A stretch of 64,000 nt of DNA, taken from IMG/VR virus record IMGVR_UViG_3300042868_005761, positions 32,001 through 96,000 of that record. One strand, written 5' to 3'. Of this stretch, positions 1 to 8,631 are shown piece after piece (position 1 is the stretch's first letter; each line of letters opens with the position of its first letter). Source of the DNA: a virus. Under the pieces are notes generated by a model. The model was not told the origin of the DNA. It was given only the letters and a program-made list of their open reading frames with translations, and did no database searches. A program made the translations under genes and the position numbers.

Positions 1-23
1 ACCTTATAACCAAGGATAAATAA

Positions 24-1217
24 ATGTCTCAAATTAAGATCGATGATAGTCTCATTCTCAACTCTCGTGAAATTGTTACGTTTCTCGAGCACGTAATTCG
101 TACCAATAGGGGTCTTCAGGACCGTGGCATGATGCCTACGGCTGTTAACATCGAGGGCCACGCTGGTCTCGGTAAGACTTCTACTGTCCTTCAGGTTGCT
201 CAGCGCAATGATCTGCACATGGTCAAGATTAATCTTGCACAGTGCGAAGAGCTTGGCGATATTGTAGGTTTTCCTGTTAAGGAATATAAGCTTGAAGATG
301 GCACTTGGATTACCAGTGACCATCTAAACGTTGTTAGCACTGACCGTCTTGACGCCAATAACTTGACTGGCGAAGTCCGCATGGGCTATGCCGTTCCTGC
401 CTGGATTCAGGGTCGCACTGACAAGGGCGGTATCCTTCTCTTGGATGACTACACTCGTGCAGACCCCCGTTATATGCAGGCTGTCATGGAGCTTATTGAC
501 CGTCAGGAATACATTAGCTTCAAGCTTCCGAAGGGCTGGACGATTATCCTGACTAGTAACCCTGCTAATGATAATTACATGGTCCAGGAGATCGACAATG
601 CCATGAAGACTCGTTTCATTACAATTCAGTATGGCTTCGATGCAGAGACCTGGGCTACCTGGGCAGAGCAGAATGCGCTAGACCAGCGTTGTATCAACTT
701 TGTTCTTAAGCATCCTGAGATTATGTCTCCTGAGAAGATTAATCCACGTTCAATCGTGCATTTCTTTAATCAGATTAGCGACTTCAAGGACTTCAAGAAG
801 CAGCTTAAGTTCATTCGACTTGTCGGTGATGCCAGCTGTGGTCCTGAGACTACCAGCCTCTTTATCAACTTCATTAACGATGAGTTGGATAAGCTTCCTG
901 ATATTCGTGCTGCTTATGATCACAAGGATGTCGATTTCCTTGGCAATCAGATCCGTAGCGCTACGAATACTGACGGTACCTATAAGGCCGCTATCGCAAG
1001 CATTCTTGCTACTCGTCTCGTGATCTTCCTTAATCAGCTTCATTCTAAGAAGCCTGTTGATAAGGGAACCAAGGATCGGCTTACGCATATTGTGAAGGAA
1101 AAGATCTTTATGGAAGATCTGACCCGTCATATTTGTCAGTCTCTTATTGCAAACAATGATAAGTTTGCAAGTCTTGCAATGCAGCAAGAGTTTTCTAGCT
1201 ACGTCCTTGGGGCGTAA
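24..1217 (+). CDS. MoxR-like AAA+ ATPase
   Basis: Walker A GHAGLGKT, Walker B ILLLDD, sensor LTSNP, R-finger AMKTRF, NPRS; AAGGA RBS upstream. Confidence 0.85.
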   Translation: MSQIKIDDSLILNSREIVTFLEHVIRTNRGLQDRGMMPTAVNIEGHAGLGKTSTVLQVAQRNDLHMVKINLAQCEELGDIVGFPVKEYKLEDGTWITSDHLNVVSTDRLDANNLTGEVRMGYAVPAWIQGRTDKGGILLLDDYTRADPRYMQAVMELIDRQEYISFKLPKGWTIILTSNPANDNYMVQEIDNAMKTRFITIQYGFDAETWATWAEQNALDQRCINFVLKHPEIMSPEKINPRSIVHFFNQISDFKDFKKQLKFIRLVGDASCGPETTSLFINFINDELDKLPDIRAAYDHKDVDFLGNQIRSATNTDGTYKAAIASILATRLVIFLNQLHSKKPVDKGTKDRLTHIVKEKIFMEDLTRHICQSLIANNDKFASLAMQQEFSSYVLGA

Positions 1218-1231
1218 GGATAAGGATAACA

Positions 1232-3511
1232 ATGATTGGGAGAAAGTCTAATTCAAAGTCTATTATTCTCGATATTGTTGCAACTAAACCAAATGATTCT
1301 AGTACTTATCTTCTTAAGAATATTAAGAATAATCTAGATAACATTTTGGTCTCCGAGTGGGATGCAGTTTGTGCTATTCCCAACATGCCTGCCCGGAATC
1401 ATTATCATGGTCGTGGCAAATTGCCTATTCCTTTCTATGATGAAAGCTCATCTTGTGATCTTGTTGTTACTCAGGAAGAAGCAGTGCGTCGTCTTGGAAT
1501 GCAGTATGTTGATATCTCAACTAAGCCAATTCCTAATGACTCTACAATTGCTTTTGGCTCTGGCTATTACTCCAATGACGAGCAAAAGGCTTTTGCTTTA
1601 AAGTATGATTGTAGCATTGCAAAGGCTCCTAGCAAGACACAGTATTATGTTTTGTCTAGCAATGAAGAGCGTTCTCTTAATCATATTGTAAAGTATCCTC
1701 AGGGTATGATGAAGGCTGCTCCTATTAAGGCAGTTATTGCAACACCACATGCTATTAAGAATGCTCTTGAGCGGCATTTCCTGAGCAATCAAGCAGCAAT
1801 TAAGGATAACATTGTTAAGTTACTTGTTGGTACTCGTTCAATGGATTCTAGCGGTGCTGTTAGTCGCGGCAATTATCAACATAGTCCTTATGAAGCAATA
1901 CTTGAAACTATTAAGTATGGCTATCTTGGCCCTGCTTATACTAGTCCTTACTCTGATTTGAAGATAGAGGAAATTACAGGTAGGGGCCGCGTACTGAACT
2001 CTCCTCATTTTGTCTTTGATTGGGGATGGTCAAATCGCATTCTCAGAGGAGTAGATGTTCCAAAATCTAACACTCCAACTGGATATGCATATAATGTTCT
2101 ATATAATGTTCCCATGCTTTATATGTCCTTTATGTCTGATGCAGAGATCCTAGACTTTAAGAATGGCTCTAAGCTTGAAATGCCTTTTCCTCAATGGAAT
2201 GAGTGGCAGGCCAGGTGGGAAAGAAAAAGTGCTGGACAATACTATGGCAATAGCTATGGTCTTAACAGTGGATCATTTTCTTCTGAGGTTACTCCTGCCA
2301 AGCTGGAGATTGATCTTCTAGATACTGAGCACTACGAAGTTATAAATACTGATAAATATATTGCACTGGGAACTTATTTTGATTCACTAGACCGTTTGTT
2401 TGGATTTCTTTCTGAGAATCCTGATATCACGGTTGTTAGTGAAAGTGCTTTTGTTGCTCAGCTAAAGCAAAGTAATCCTACGTTGAATCTTACAACATAT
2501 GATTCCTTGTATGGAATGTTCCGAAGCGAAGATCAGAACACCAGAAAGACTGCAAGTAAAATGCTTCAGTCTTTTGACTTGCCTGAACTTGCTCCAGATC
2601 AAAACTATAATGGATCTATTTGGCAAAATTCCGAAGAGCCTAAGTCTTATGCTCTTCATATGGCTATGGATCTTGTGGCTAACTCTAATGTTACAGGCGC
2701 AAGCCTCAACAAGTGGGTTCAAAAGAAGGTTGGCGAGACTCTTACTAGTCTGGTCAATAGTCGTAGCAGAACCAGACATGGATATGCATCGACTCCTTAT
2801 CAGTATGGCGTAAATAATTATAGACGCACATTCTGTGGTTTCAATGAGAAAGATGCTCATCCAGCAATGCCCTATGATGATAGGGCTAAGTGGCACGAGA
2901 TCGTAAATGCTATTAATGAACTTGTTCCTGCTTACTTTGACGAGCAGACAAAGCATATGCCTAAGTACTTTAATACTTTTACAATTTCTATTGTAAAGAA
3001 TAAGACCTTTGAAGCATACACTGCAATGTATGTGGATCTTACTAGCAGGGAAGACAGTCTCACCCAAGAGGAAAAGATTAATCTTGGATATCTTCAATTG
3101 TTTATGAGACATTACGTCGAGTATACATTTACAAGATACTATCTTGGTCAGAGCAATAATATTGGCTATGACTTGAATGTTAAGTGTGGGGCCGATATCC
3201 CAGCTGCTGCCGATGCTAAGCTTATGAACTCAATTTTTGGTGAGTATAAGAAGAAGTTTATTCAAGCTAAGGCTAAGGCTCTTGCCAATCCTGTTAAGTA
3301 TATGGAAATTCTAATCAAGAACGAGACAGACTATCGAGTAAAGTATATTCATAGTCTTTCTGGCTATAGATCTGAGTTAATTGCTGATTATGCTAATCAG
3401 TCATTCCTTCTAGGATTTCCTAAGAATATCATTACTCAAGGTCGTCCTGATGTTACAGTACAATGTACTGAAATTCTAGACGTATTTGACTACTATATCG
3501 CTAATCTTTAA
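1232..3511 (+). CDS. Large hypothetical phage protein (759 aa)
   Basis: Long ORF with RBS, directly downstream of the AAA ATPase; no motif recognised. Confidence 0.75.
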   Translation: MIGRKSNSKSIILDIVATKPNDSSTYLLKNIKNNLDNILVSEWDAVCAIPNMPARNHYHGRGKLPIPFYDESSSCDLVVTQEEAVRRLGMQYVDISTKPIPNDSTIAFGSGYYSNDEQKAFALKYDCSIAKAPSKTQYYVLSSNEERSLNHIVKYPQGMMKAAPIKAVIATPHAIKNALERHFLSNQAAIKDNIVKLLVGTRSMDSSGAVSRGNYQHSPYEAILETIKYGYLGPAYTSPYSDLKIEEITGRGRVLNSPHFVFDWGWSNRILRGVDVPKSNTPTGYAYNVLYNVPMLYMSFMSDAEILDFKNGSKLEMPFPQWNEWQARWERKSAGQYYGNSYGLNSGSFSSEVTPAKLEIDLLDTEHYEVINTDKYIALGTYFDSLDRLFGFLSENPDITVVSESAFVAQLKQSNPTLNLTTYDSLYGMFRSEDQNTRKTASKMLQSFDLPELAPDQNYNGSIWQNSEEPKSYALHMAMDLVANSNVTGASLNKWVQKKVGETLTSLVNSRSRTRHGYASTPYQYGVNNYRRTFCGFNEKDAHPAMPYDDRAKWHEIVNAINELVPAYFDEQTKHMPKYFNTFTISIVKNKTFEAYTAMYVDLTSREDSLTQEEKINLGYLQLFMRHYVEYTFTRYYLGQSNNIGYDLNVKCGADIPAAADAKLMNSIFGEYKKKFIQAKAKALANPVKYMEILIKNETDYRVKYIHSLSGYRSELIADYANQSFLLGFPKNIITQGRPDVTVQCTEILDVFDYYIANL

Positions 3512-3519
3512 AGGAAAGT

Positions 3520-4194
3520 ATGTATCTTAAGTACGACAAAAGATTACTCTCAAAAGACAAACCATTTATTTTTGCTTGCTCAGGTGGGCCGGATAGTATG
3601 GCTTGCTTGCACTTCTTAACAAAGGGTAAGCATAGTCAGCATGGCATGGTGGTATTTATCCATCATGGCACAATAACCTCTGATCTTTCTGAAAAGATTG
3701 TTAGAGATTATTGTAAGGCTCATTCTTGGCAATTTAAGTCCTTGGCTATTAATCCAGATAGACCAATGGCTTCTAGTCAAGAAGAGTACTGGCGCGACGA
3801 GAGATACAGACTTTTTGGTCAAGTAGCAGCGAGTTTTAGCGCTTGTAAAATTATTACAGCTCATCACTTAGATGACGCTGTCGAAACATACCTTTTTAAT
3901 ACGTTGAATGGCAAAGCTTATACTATGCCAGTCAGTCGTCGTTTAAAAGAAGATTCAAATGTCTTTGTAGTTAGACCTTTCATTAGAAACAAAAAAGAAT
4001 CTTTACTAATGTATTGCAAAGAAAATAATCTTTGCTATTATGTTGATCCAACTAATTTTGATGGCTCAAACATGAGATCCTACATTAGGAAGAACATTGT
4101 GCCTCACGCACTATTCGTAAATGCTGGTCTATATACTGTAGTGGAAAAGATTCTTTATCCACCAAATAATAAAGTACTATTTGAATACATTTAG
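3520..4194 (+). CDS. tilS: tRNA(Ile)-lysidine synthetase, catalytic domain only
   Basis: PP-loop ACSGGPDS, RDERY, TAHHLDDAVETYL, VRPF, DPTN and RSYIR motifs; adjacent to a CAT-anticodon tRNA. Confidence 0.9.
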   Translation: MYLKYDKRLLSKDKPFIFACSGGPDSMACLHFLTKGKHSQHGMVVFIHHGTITSDLSEKIVRDYCKAHSWQFKSLAINPDRPMASSQEEYWRDERYRLFGQVAASFSACKIITAHHLDDAVETYLFNTLNGKAYTMPVSRRLKEDSNVFVVRPFIRNKKESLLMYCKENNLCYYVDPTNFDGSNMRSYIRKNIVPHALFVNAGLYTVVEKILYPPNNKVLFEYI

Positions 4195-4229
4195 AAAAGT
4201 AAATGTGCTATGGTGCAATTTGCTTTTCT
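4193..4229 (+). promoter_or_regulatory. Long inverted repeat with an extended -10-like element (TGcTATGGT) at its apex, upstream of the tRNA cluster
   Basis: AGAAAAGTAAAT..TGC-TATGGT-GCA-ATTTGCTTTTCT pairs over about 15 bp. Confidence 0.45.
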
Positions 4230-4253
4230 TGGGGATGGGATATCCCCTCTTTT

Positions 4254-4327
4254 GGACTCATATCTCAATTGGTCAGAGAAGACGGCTCATAACCGTTTGG
4301 TTCTAGGTTCAAGTCCTAGTGGGTCCA
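4254..4327 (+). tRNA. tRNA-Ile2 (CAT anticodon, lysidine-modified, reads AUA)
   Basis: Acceptor GGACTCA/TGGGTCC with C4-G69; anticodon arm GACGG-CT-CAT-AA-CCGTT closely resembles Bacillus-type tRNA-Ile2; T-loop TTCAAGT; next to tilS. Confidence 0.85.
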
Positions 4328-4348
4328 CTTAATTTTGTCTGCTATTTT

Positions 4349-4421
4349 GCGACGGTAACTCAGTTGGTAGAGTAGCGGACTTTTAATCCGTCAGTCGAGG
4401 GTTCGAGCCCCTCCCGTCGTA
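4349..4421 (+). tRNA. tRNA-Lys(TTT)
   Basis: Acceptor GCGACGG/CCGTCGT; anticodon arm GCGGA-CT-TTT-AA-TCCGT; GTTCGA T-loop. Confidence 0.93.
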
Positions 4422-4440
4422 CTGGTATCTTATTGTTAAT

Positions 4441-4515
4441 CGGGATGTAGCGCAGTGGTAGCGCGCTTGCTTTGGGAGCAAGATGTCGCAGGTTCGATCC
4501 CTGTCATCCCGACCA
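4441..4515 (+). tRNA. tRNA-Pro(TGG), CCA encoded
   Basis: Acceptor CGGGATG/CATCCCG; anticodon arm CTTGC-TT-TGG-GA-GCAAG; ends ACCA. Confidence 0.95.
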
Positions 4516-4516
4516 T

Positions 4517-4589
4517 GCTTCAATAGCTCAGTTGGTAGAGCCCTGGTTTTGTAAACCAGTGGTCGTAGGTTCGAGTCCTACTTGAAGCA
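4517..4589 (+). tRNA. tRNA-Thr(TGT)
   Basis: Acceptor GCTTCAA/TTGAAGC; anticodon arm CTGGT-TT-TGT-AA-ACCAG. Confidence 0.93.
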
Positions 4590-4637
4590 CTTATAATTAG
4601 TTATTTGAAAATTAATCTGTAACAAAGGAGATATATT

Positions 4638-4952
4638 ATGTTGTATCCTCATACTGATACTTTTTGGATGCCTAGTCTTGATGGTGAATACCACACCGTT
4701 ACGACTCCAAGAGGTCCACTTACGGCTTATATTGTTCATGAGACTGATGAGATTAGACTTATTCGTAAGGATCCCTTTAGTAGGGCTTACTACGTTCTCT
4801 ATCCTGAGATGAGTAGTAGTGAATTTATGTTGTGTCTGTCTGCTTGGAATCAGGGAAAGATGATTCAGGAAGCATTTCCTAGACTGGACTCAACAGATCG
4901 TGAATTTCTAATTACTGGTATGGTAGATAGTTGGCCTAGTAAGGAACTATGA
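4638..4952 (+). CDS. Hypothetical protein (C-terminal IQEAFPxL...REFLITG motif)
   Basis: Strong AAGGAG RBS; stop overlaps the start of uvsE. Confidence 0.75.
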   Translation: MLYPHTDTFWMPSLDGEYHTVTTPRGPLTAYIVHETDEIRLIRKDPFSRAYYVLYPEMSSSEFMLCLSAWNQGKMIQEAFPRLDSTDREFLITGMVDSWPSKEL

Positions 4953-6118
4953 TTACACTTGGTTACTGCTGTAATAGCCTAGGAACACATAAAACTAACT
5001 TTAAAACTATTACTCTTAAGAAGATCAAGACTCTTAACTTTGAGCCAGTTCCGTTTGATGGCAGTTGGCGTCATCTTGATGACTGGTATGCGCACTATGA
5101 CCATATGGAAGTTGGCGCTAAAGTTCTCTTTAATATCTATGTTCATAATATTAAGGAATTGATTGCTGTTCTAGACTATAACATTCAGAACAATATCAAG
5201 TTGTATCGCATTAGCAGTAATTTATTTCCACTCTGGAGCTATGGACAGAGTCTAGAATTTACCTATAAAAATTTTAATTATTGGATTAGACCATCTAAAG
5301 TCTTTAACTCTATGATCAAAGGTAGATTTGATGGAGCTTTTAATGGCCTTGAGCTTCAACTAAGAAAGACTGTTCAGAAATATCTGGATGGAGGCGGTCG
5401 CTTGACTATGCATCCTCCAGAGTTTGTTAGTCTTGGTGGATCACCTGTAGTCCAGAACTCATCTAAAGCAGAACTTATTGCCCATGCAATGTTTCTTGAC
5501 TGGATTGGTGCCCCAGCTGATTACTCTTGTCCACTTAACATTCACGTTAGTAGAGGCGCTGATAATCCAGCTATAACTGCAAATAATGTTAATGTCATGC
5601 TTTTGCAGGTACTAAAGCACTATCCTAATGCTTTTAAGCGTATTGTTTTTGAGACTGAGGACAAGGGTTGCTGGACATGGCAAGAACTTATTAAACATTT
5701 TCCTGGTATGCCAATCACCCTAGATGTGCATCATTGGAAAATTAATAATGAAGGCGAGCCATTAAGTGAAGCGCTTGAAGCATGCCATGAAACATGGAAA
5801 ACTCGTACTAATTATAGTAAGCATATTCAGTTTGTAATTGATCATCCTTCAGAAATTAATAATGCTAATTATCAAATGTCTATTAAGCCTGTAAGTTCAT
5901 TTGATTTTTATTGGTGGCGCTCTAAAGCATACAAACCATTACTGCATATTTCAAAAGGTCGAGATCATGAATATGACAGATCTCATCATGATTATGTAGA
6001 TGAGATTTCTGACAATTTACTTTATGCACCTTTTGATCTCGATCTTGAGGTTGAGGCTAAGGCTAAAGACTTGGCTTATTTTGCATTGCGTGACAAGTAT
6101 AAAGAACTTGTGGCGTAA
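4949..6118 (+). CDS. uvsE: UV DNA damage endonuclease (UvsE/UvdE)
   Basis: LGYCC, YRISSNLFP, RLTMHP, NIHV, ETED, LDVHH, LHIS, SHHDYV and EVEAKAKDLA motifs. Confidence 0.9.
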   Translation: MITLGYCCNSLGTHKTNFKTITLKKIKTLNFEPVPFDGSWRHLDDWYAHYDHMEVGAKVLFNIYVHNIKELIAVLDYNIQNNIKLYRISSNLFPLWSYGQSLEFTYKNFNYWIRPSKVFNSMIKGRFDGAFNGLELQLRKTVQKYLDGGGRLTMHPPEFVSLGGSPVVQNSSKAELIAHAMFLDWIGAPADYSCPLNIHVSRGADNPAITANNVNVMLLQVLKHYPNAFKRIVFETEDKGCWTWQELIKHFPGMPITLDVHHWKINNEGEPLSEALEACHETWKTRTNYSKHIQFVIDHPSEINNANYQMSIKPVSSFDFYWWRSKAYKPLLHISKGRDHEYDRSHHDYVDEISDNLLYAPFDLDLEVEAKAKDLAYFALRDKYKELVA

Positions 6119-6298
6119 TGCCTTTGCTCAGGTGGCGAAATCGGCATACGCAGCAGACTTATAGAAAATTTGAGCCCTATAGGGGAAACCTTATAGGTGA
6201 AGACAATCAAATTCGGTGAAGGCTAAACTAGTTTACTAGCATGCTAATACCGAGCTAAGCCTTAAATGGCAAACACACAGTTTATTCTCCATTACCTA

Positions 6299-6307
6299 TG
6301 CTATAAT
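6299..6307 (+). promoter_or_regulatory. Extended -10 promoter (TGcTATAAT) inside the intron, probably driving a leaderless HNH mRNA
   Basis: Perfect TGnTATAAT followed by 6 nt and then ATG at 6314; no SD sequence. Confidence 0.55.
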
Positions 6308-6313
6308 ATTACT

Positions 6314-6751
6314 ATGAGAAAATATAAAGATTATACAGATCAGCAAATAATAGATGCTGTTAAGGCTAGTAAAAGCATTTCCCAAGTACTTAAAGTTCTT
6401 GGGCTAAAGCAAGCTGGAGGTAATTACGCAAATGTCCAACGGAACATCCAAAGACTATTGTGTGACACCTCTCACTTTACTGGCAAAGGTTGGAATAAAG
6501 ATCAACAGTTGAAAGACTGGAGTTCTTATTCTAAAGCTGCTAATCTAAAACCTCATTTAATAAAAAAGCGTACTCATCAATGCGAACAATGTAATCTTTC
6601 AGAATGGCTTTCTGAGCAGATAAAATTGGAAATACATCACATTGATGGAGATAGGACAAATAATGTAGAAGAAAACTTGCAGTTGCTTTGTCCAAACTGT
6701 CATTCTATGACAGACTCTTGGAGAAAAGCAAACCATTTAAGGAAAGTGTAG
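6314..6751 (+). CDS. Intron-encoded HNH homing endonuclease (ORF open from 6266; likely start 6314)
   Basis: CEQC...LEIHHIDGDRTNNVEENLQLLCPNCH; N-terminal helical DNA-binding-like segment; stop codon falls within the intron core element GTGTAG. Confidence 0.88.
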   Translation: MRKYKDYTDQQIIDAVKASKSISQVLKVLGLKQAGGNYANVQRNIQRLLCDTSHFTGKGWNKDQQLKDWSSYSKAANLKPHLIKKRTHQCEQCNLSEWLSEQIKLEIHHIDGDRTNNVEENLQLLCPNCHSMTDSWRKANHLRKV

Positions 6752-6902
6752 AGACTAGACGGTTGTTACCTAATGTAGAAATACTATGGTAAAGGTATAG
6801 TCCAGACCACAAACGGCATATGCTGGTAGTGAAAACTATAGTGGTAAGAAAATCTGCCTTCCTTGGAATTACGGGTTCAAGTCCCGTCCTGAGCACTTAT
6901 TT

Positions 6903-6984
6903 GGGAGTATCGCATAGTGGCAATTGCAGGGGACTGTAAATCCCCCGACTTCGGTCTACGTTGGTTCGAGTCCATCTACTCCCA
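6903..6984 (+). tRNA. tRNA-Tyr(GTA)
   Basis: Acceptor GGGAGTA/TACTCCC; anticodon arm GGGGA-CT-GTA-AA-TCCCC; long variable arm GAC-TTCG-GTC. Confidence 0.92.
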
Positions 6985-7030
6985 CTTTATATTAATTCTA
7001 TTTAAACTTTAATAGATTATAGGTTTTACT

Positions 7031-7405
7031 ATGGTAATAGACTTTGAAATGCTTGCTCGTCGCGCAGTAGCGTGCAAGCGGTGGAGCTGGGCCCCAGGCA
7101 TGTTTACGGACAGCAACCAGCGGATTGTTCGCATGTATAAAGGCGTCTGGCTTGGCTACCAGAGTTATCACAATGAGGTTACCGAGGTAGCCCCAGACGC
7201 AATCCCCGACCTCTCAGACCCTGCAACGCTCGGCTGCCTTCTGGCGCTGGTGCGTGAACAGTGGGGAGATGGCGTCCATCTGATTCCAGATGGCGGCTGG
7301 TATGTGAAAGGCGCTCGTCTGAAGAACGGGTCCACCATCAACCTTGGCATCTGCACTAAAACTGAAGCCGAAGCCCTTGTCGCCGCACTGGAATGCGCTC
7401 TATAA
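7031..7405 (+). CDS. Hypothetical phage protein with atypically high GC
   Basis: ORF with PDLSDPATLGCLLALVRE motif; sampled lines are 55-63% GC. Confidence 0.75.
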   Translation: MVIDFEMLARRAVACKRWSWAPGMFTDSNQRIVRMYKGVWLGYQSYHNEVTEVAPDAIPDLSDPATLGCLLALVREQWGDGVHLIPDGGWYVKGARLKNGSTINLGICTKTEAEALVAALECAL

Positions 7406-7454
7406 ATATTTATTACTCTATATTAAATATCTAAACAATAAACTGGAGATTAAT

Positions 7455-7568
7455 ATGGAAGATTCTAATCTAGAAGAGAGTGAGGCTTATTGGGAAACAG
7501 CAATGCTTCATGGCATTGATGGTGTTAATGATTGTTATGATCTTGAACCGCCCGAGGATAAAACTTGA
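7455..7568 (+). CDS. Small acidic hypothetical protein
   Basis: GGAG RBS before ATG 7455; stop overlaps the TTG start of the next gene. Confidence 0.55.
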   Translation: MEDSNLEESEAYWETAMLHGIDGVNDCYDLEPPEDKT

Positions 7569-8623
7569 AACTAAACTTTAAGACAATTTATGTAGAAAAT
7601 AATATTTATTCTCAGAATGAGTCAAGAAGATTGACAGATATTATTGGGGCATTTCCTGAGGCTACTGTCAAAAAAGTTGCGAGCCATTGGAAGATTCCTG
7701 ATCTTGTAGATATGGATCCTGTTGATTGGATTAAGGCCAAGAAACATATCTTGGTTCTTGGTAAACTTAAGATTCTTGCAAGCACAGTTAATGGTAGAAG
7801 CTCTGATTTTATTGCTCCATCTCATAGTAATGGTTGCTTAAGTGCATGTCAGTATTGCTATGTTGCTCGACGGAAGGGCGGCAGTAATCCTTTGACAGTA
7901 TTTCTTAATAGTGAGAAGATTGCTGAAAGCATTGTAGATCATTGTAACGAGCTTGGTCCTAAGCCCGAAGCTAATCAGTGTGATCCAGAATACTGGATCT
8001 ATGATATTGGCAACAACAATGATGTCAGCATTGACGCAATGATTAGTGATAATCCATTTGTACTAATGGAAGCTATTAAAAGTACTAAGCATGGTAAGTT
8101 GACTTTTGCAACTAAAACTGTTAATATTGAGCCATTCTTGATGTTCAATCCTGAAAAACGTACTCGTATTAGATACAGTCTTATGCCTCAGGCTGTCTCT
8201 AAGTATGTTGATATTCGAACTTCACCTATCGAAGATCGTATTGACGCAATGAATGTACTTGTTGACGCTGGCTATGAAGTTCATGCTAACTTTTCTCCTG
8301 TAATTATGTACGGAGATAAGCAGTGGAAAAAAGATTGGGTTGAGCTTTGGAAGCTTATGGATTCTAAGCTAACAGATAAAGCTAAGCTTCAGATGAAGTC
8401 TGAGGTTATTTTTCTAACTCATAGCTCTGACTTGCATGATCTTAACATGCAATGGAATCCCAAGGGTGAAGAGTTTCTCTGGACTCCTGAGAATCAGCAA
8501 GTCAAAGCTAATAAAGCCGACGTGCTTTGCTATAAGTATGGACTTAAGGGCGAGAATGTCAAAGCTTTTTGCTCTGGCATTAAGAAATTTATTCCCTGGT
8601 GCCAAGTTCGTTATGCCTTTTAA
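7565..8623 (+). CDS. splB: Spore photoproduct lyase-family radical SAM protein
   Basis: GCLSACQYCY (CxxxCxxC), TFATK, RIRYSL, RIDAMNxLVDAGYEVHANFSPVI. Confidence 0.8.
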   Translation: MKLNFKTIYVENNIYSQNESRRLTDIIGAFPEATVKKVASHWKIPDLVDMDPVDWIKAKKHILVLGKLKILASTVNGRSSDFIAPSHSNGCLSACQYCYVARRKGGSNPLTVFLNSEKIAESIVDHCNELGPKPEANQCDPEYWIYDIGNNNDVSIDAMISDNPFVLMEAIKSTKHGKLTFATKTVNIEPFLMFNPEKRTRIRYSLMPQAVSKYVDIRTSPIEDRIDAMNVLVDAGYEVHANFSPVIMYGDKQWKKDWVELWKLMDSKLTDKAKLQMKSEVIFLTHSSDLHDLNMQWNPKGEEFLWTPENQQVKANKADVLCYKYGLKGENVKAFCSGIKKFIPWCQVRYAF

Positions 8624-8631
8624 GGAGATTC

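Larger units (their letters stand above)
6161..6848 (+). mobile_element. Group I intron (trnL(UAA)-type) inserted after U34 of the anticodon
   Basis: P1 CTT/GAG pairing (AAAATTTGAGCC); P/Q-like CAAATTCGGTGAAGGC and GCTAATACCGAGCTAAGC; R-like GTGTAGAGACTAGACGG; S-like AAGGTATAGTCCA; terminal G at 6848; same insertion site as cyanobacterial/plastid trnL(UAA) introns. Confidence 0.9.
6126..6895 (+). tRNA. tRNA-Leu(TAA), split: exon 1 6126-6160, exon 2 6849-6895
   Basis: Acceptor GCTCAGG/CCTGAGC; joining the exons gives GCAGA-CT-TAA-AA-TCTGC; long variable arm; GGTTCAAGTCC. Confidence 0.9.

Noticed and set aside
4231-4253. GGGGAT-GGGAT-ATCCCC hairpin plus T-run as a terminator
   Set aside because: Only a 6-bp stem, directly abutting the tRNA 5' end; equally explained as a precursor leader structure, so not called
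4254-4327. tRNA-Met or tRNA-fMet
   Set aside because: It has a paired G1-C72, lacks the three consecutive G-C anticodon-stem pairs of initiator tRNA, resembles Ile2 and sits next to tilS
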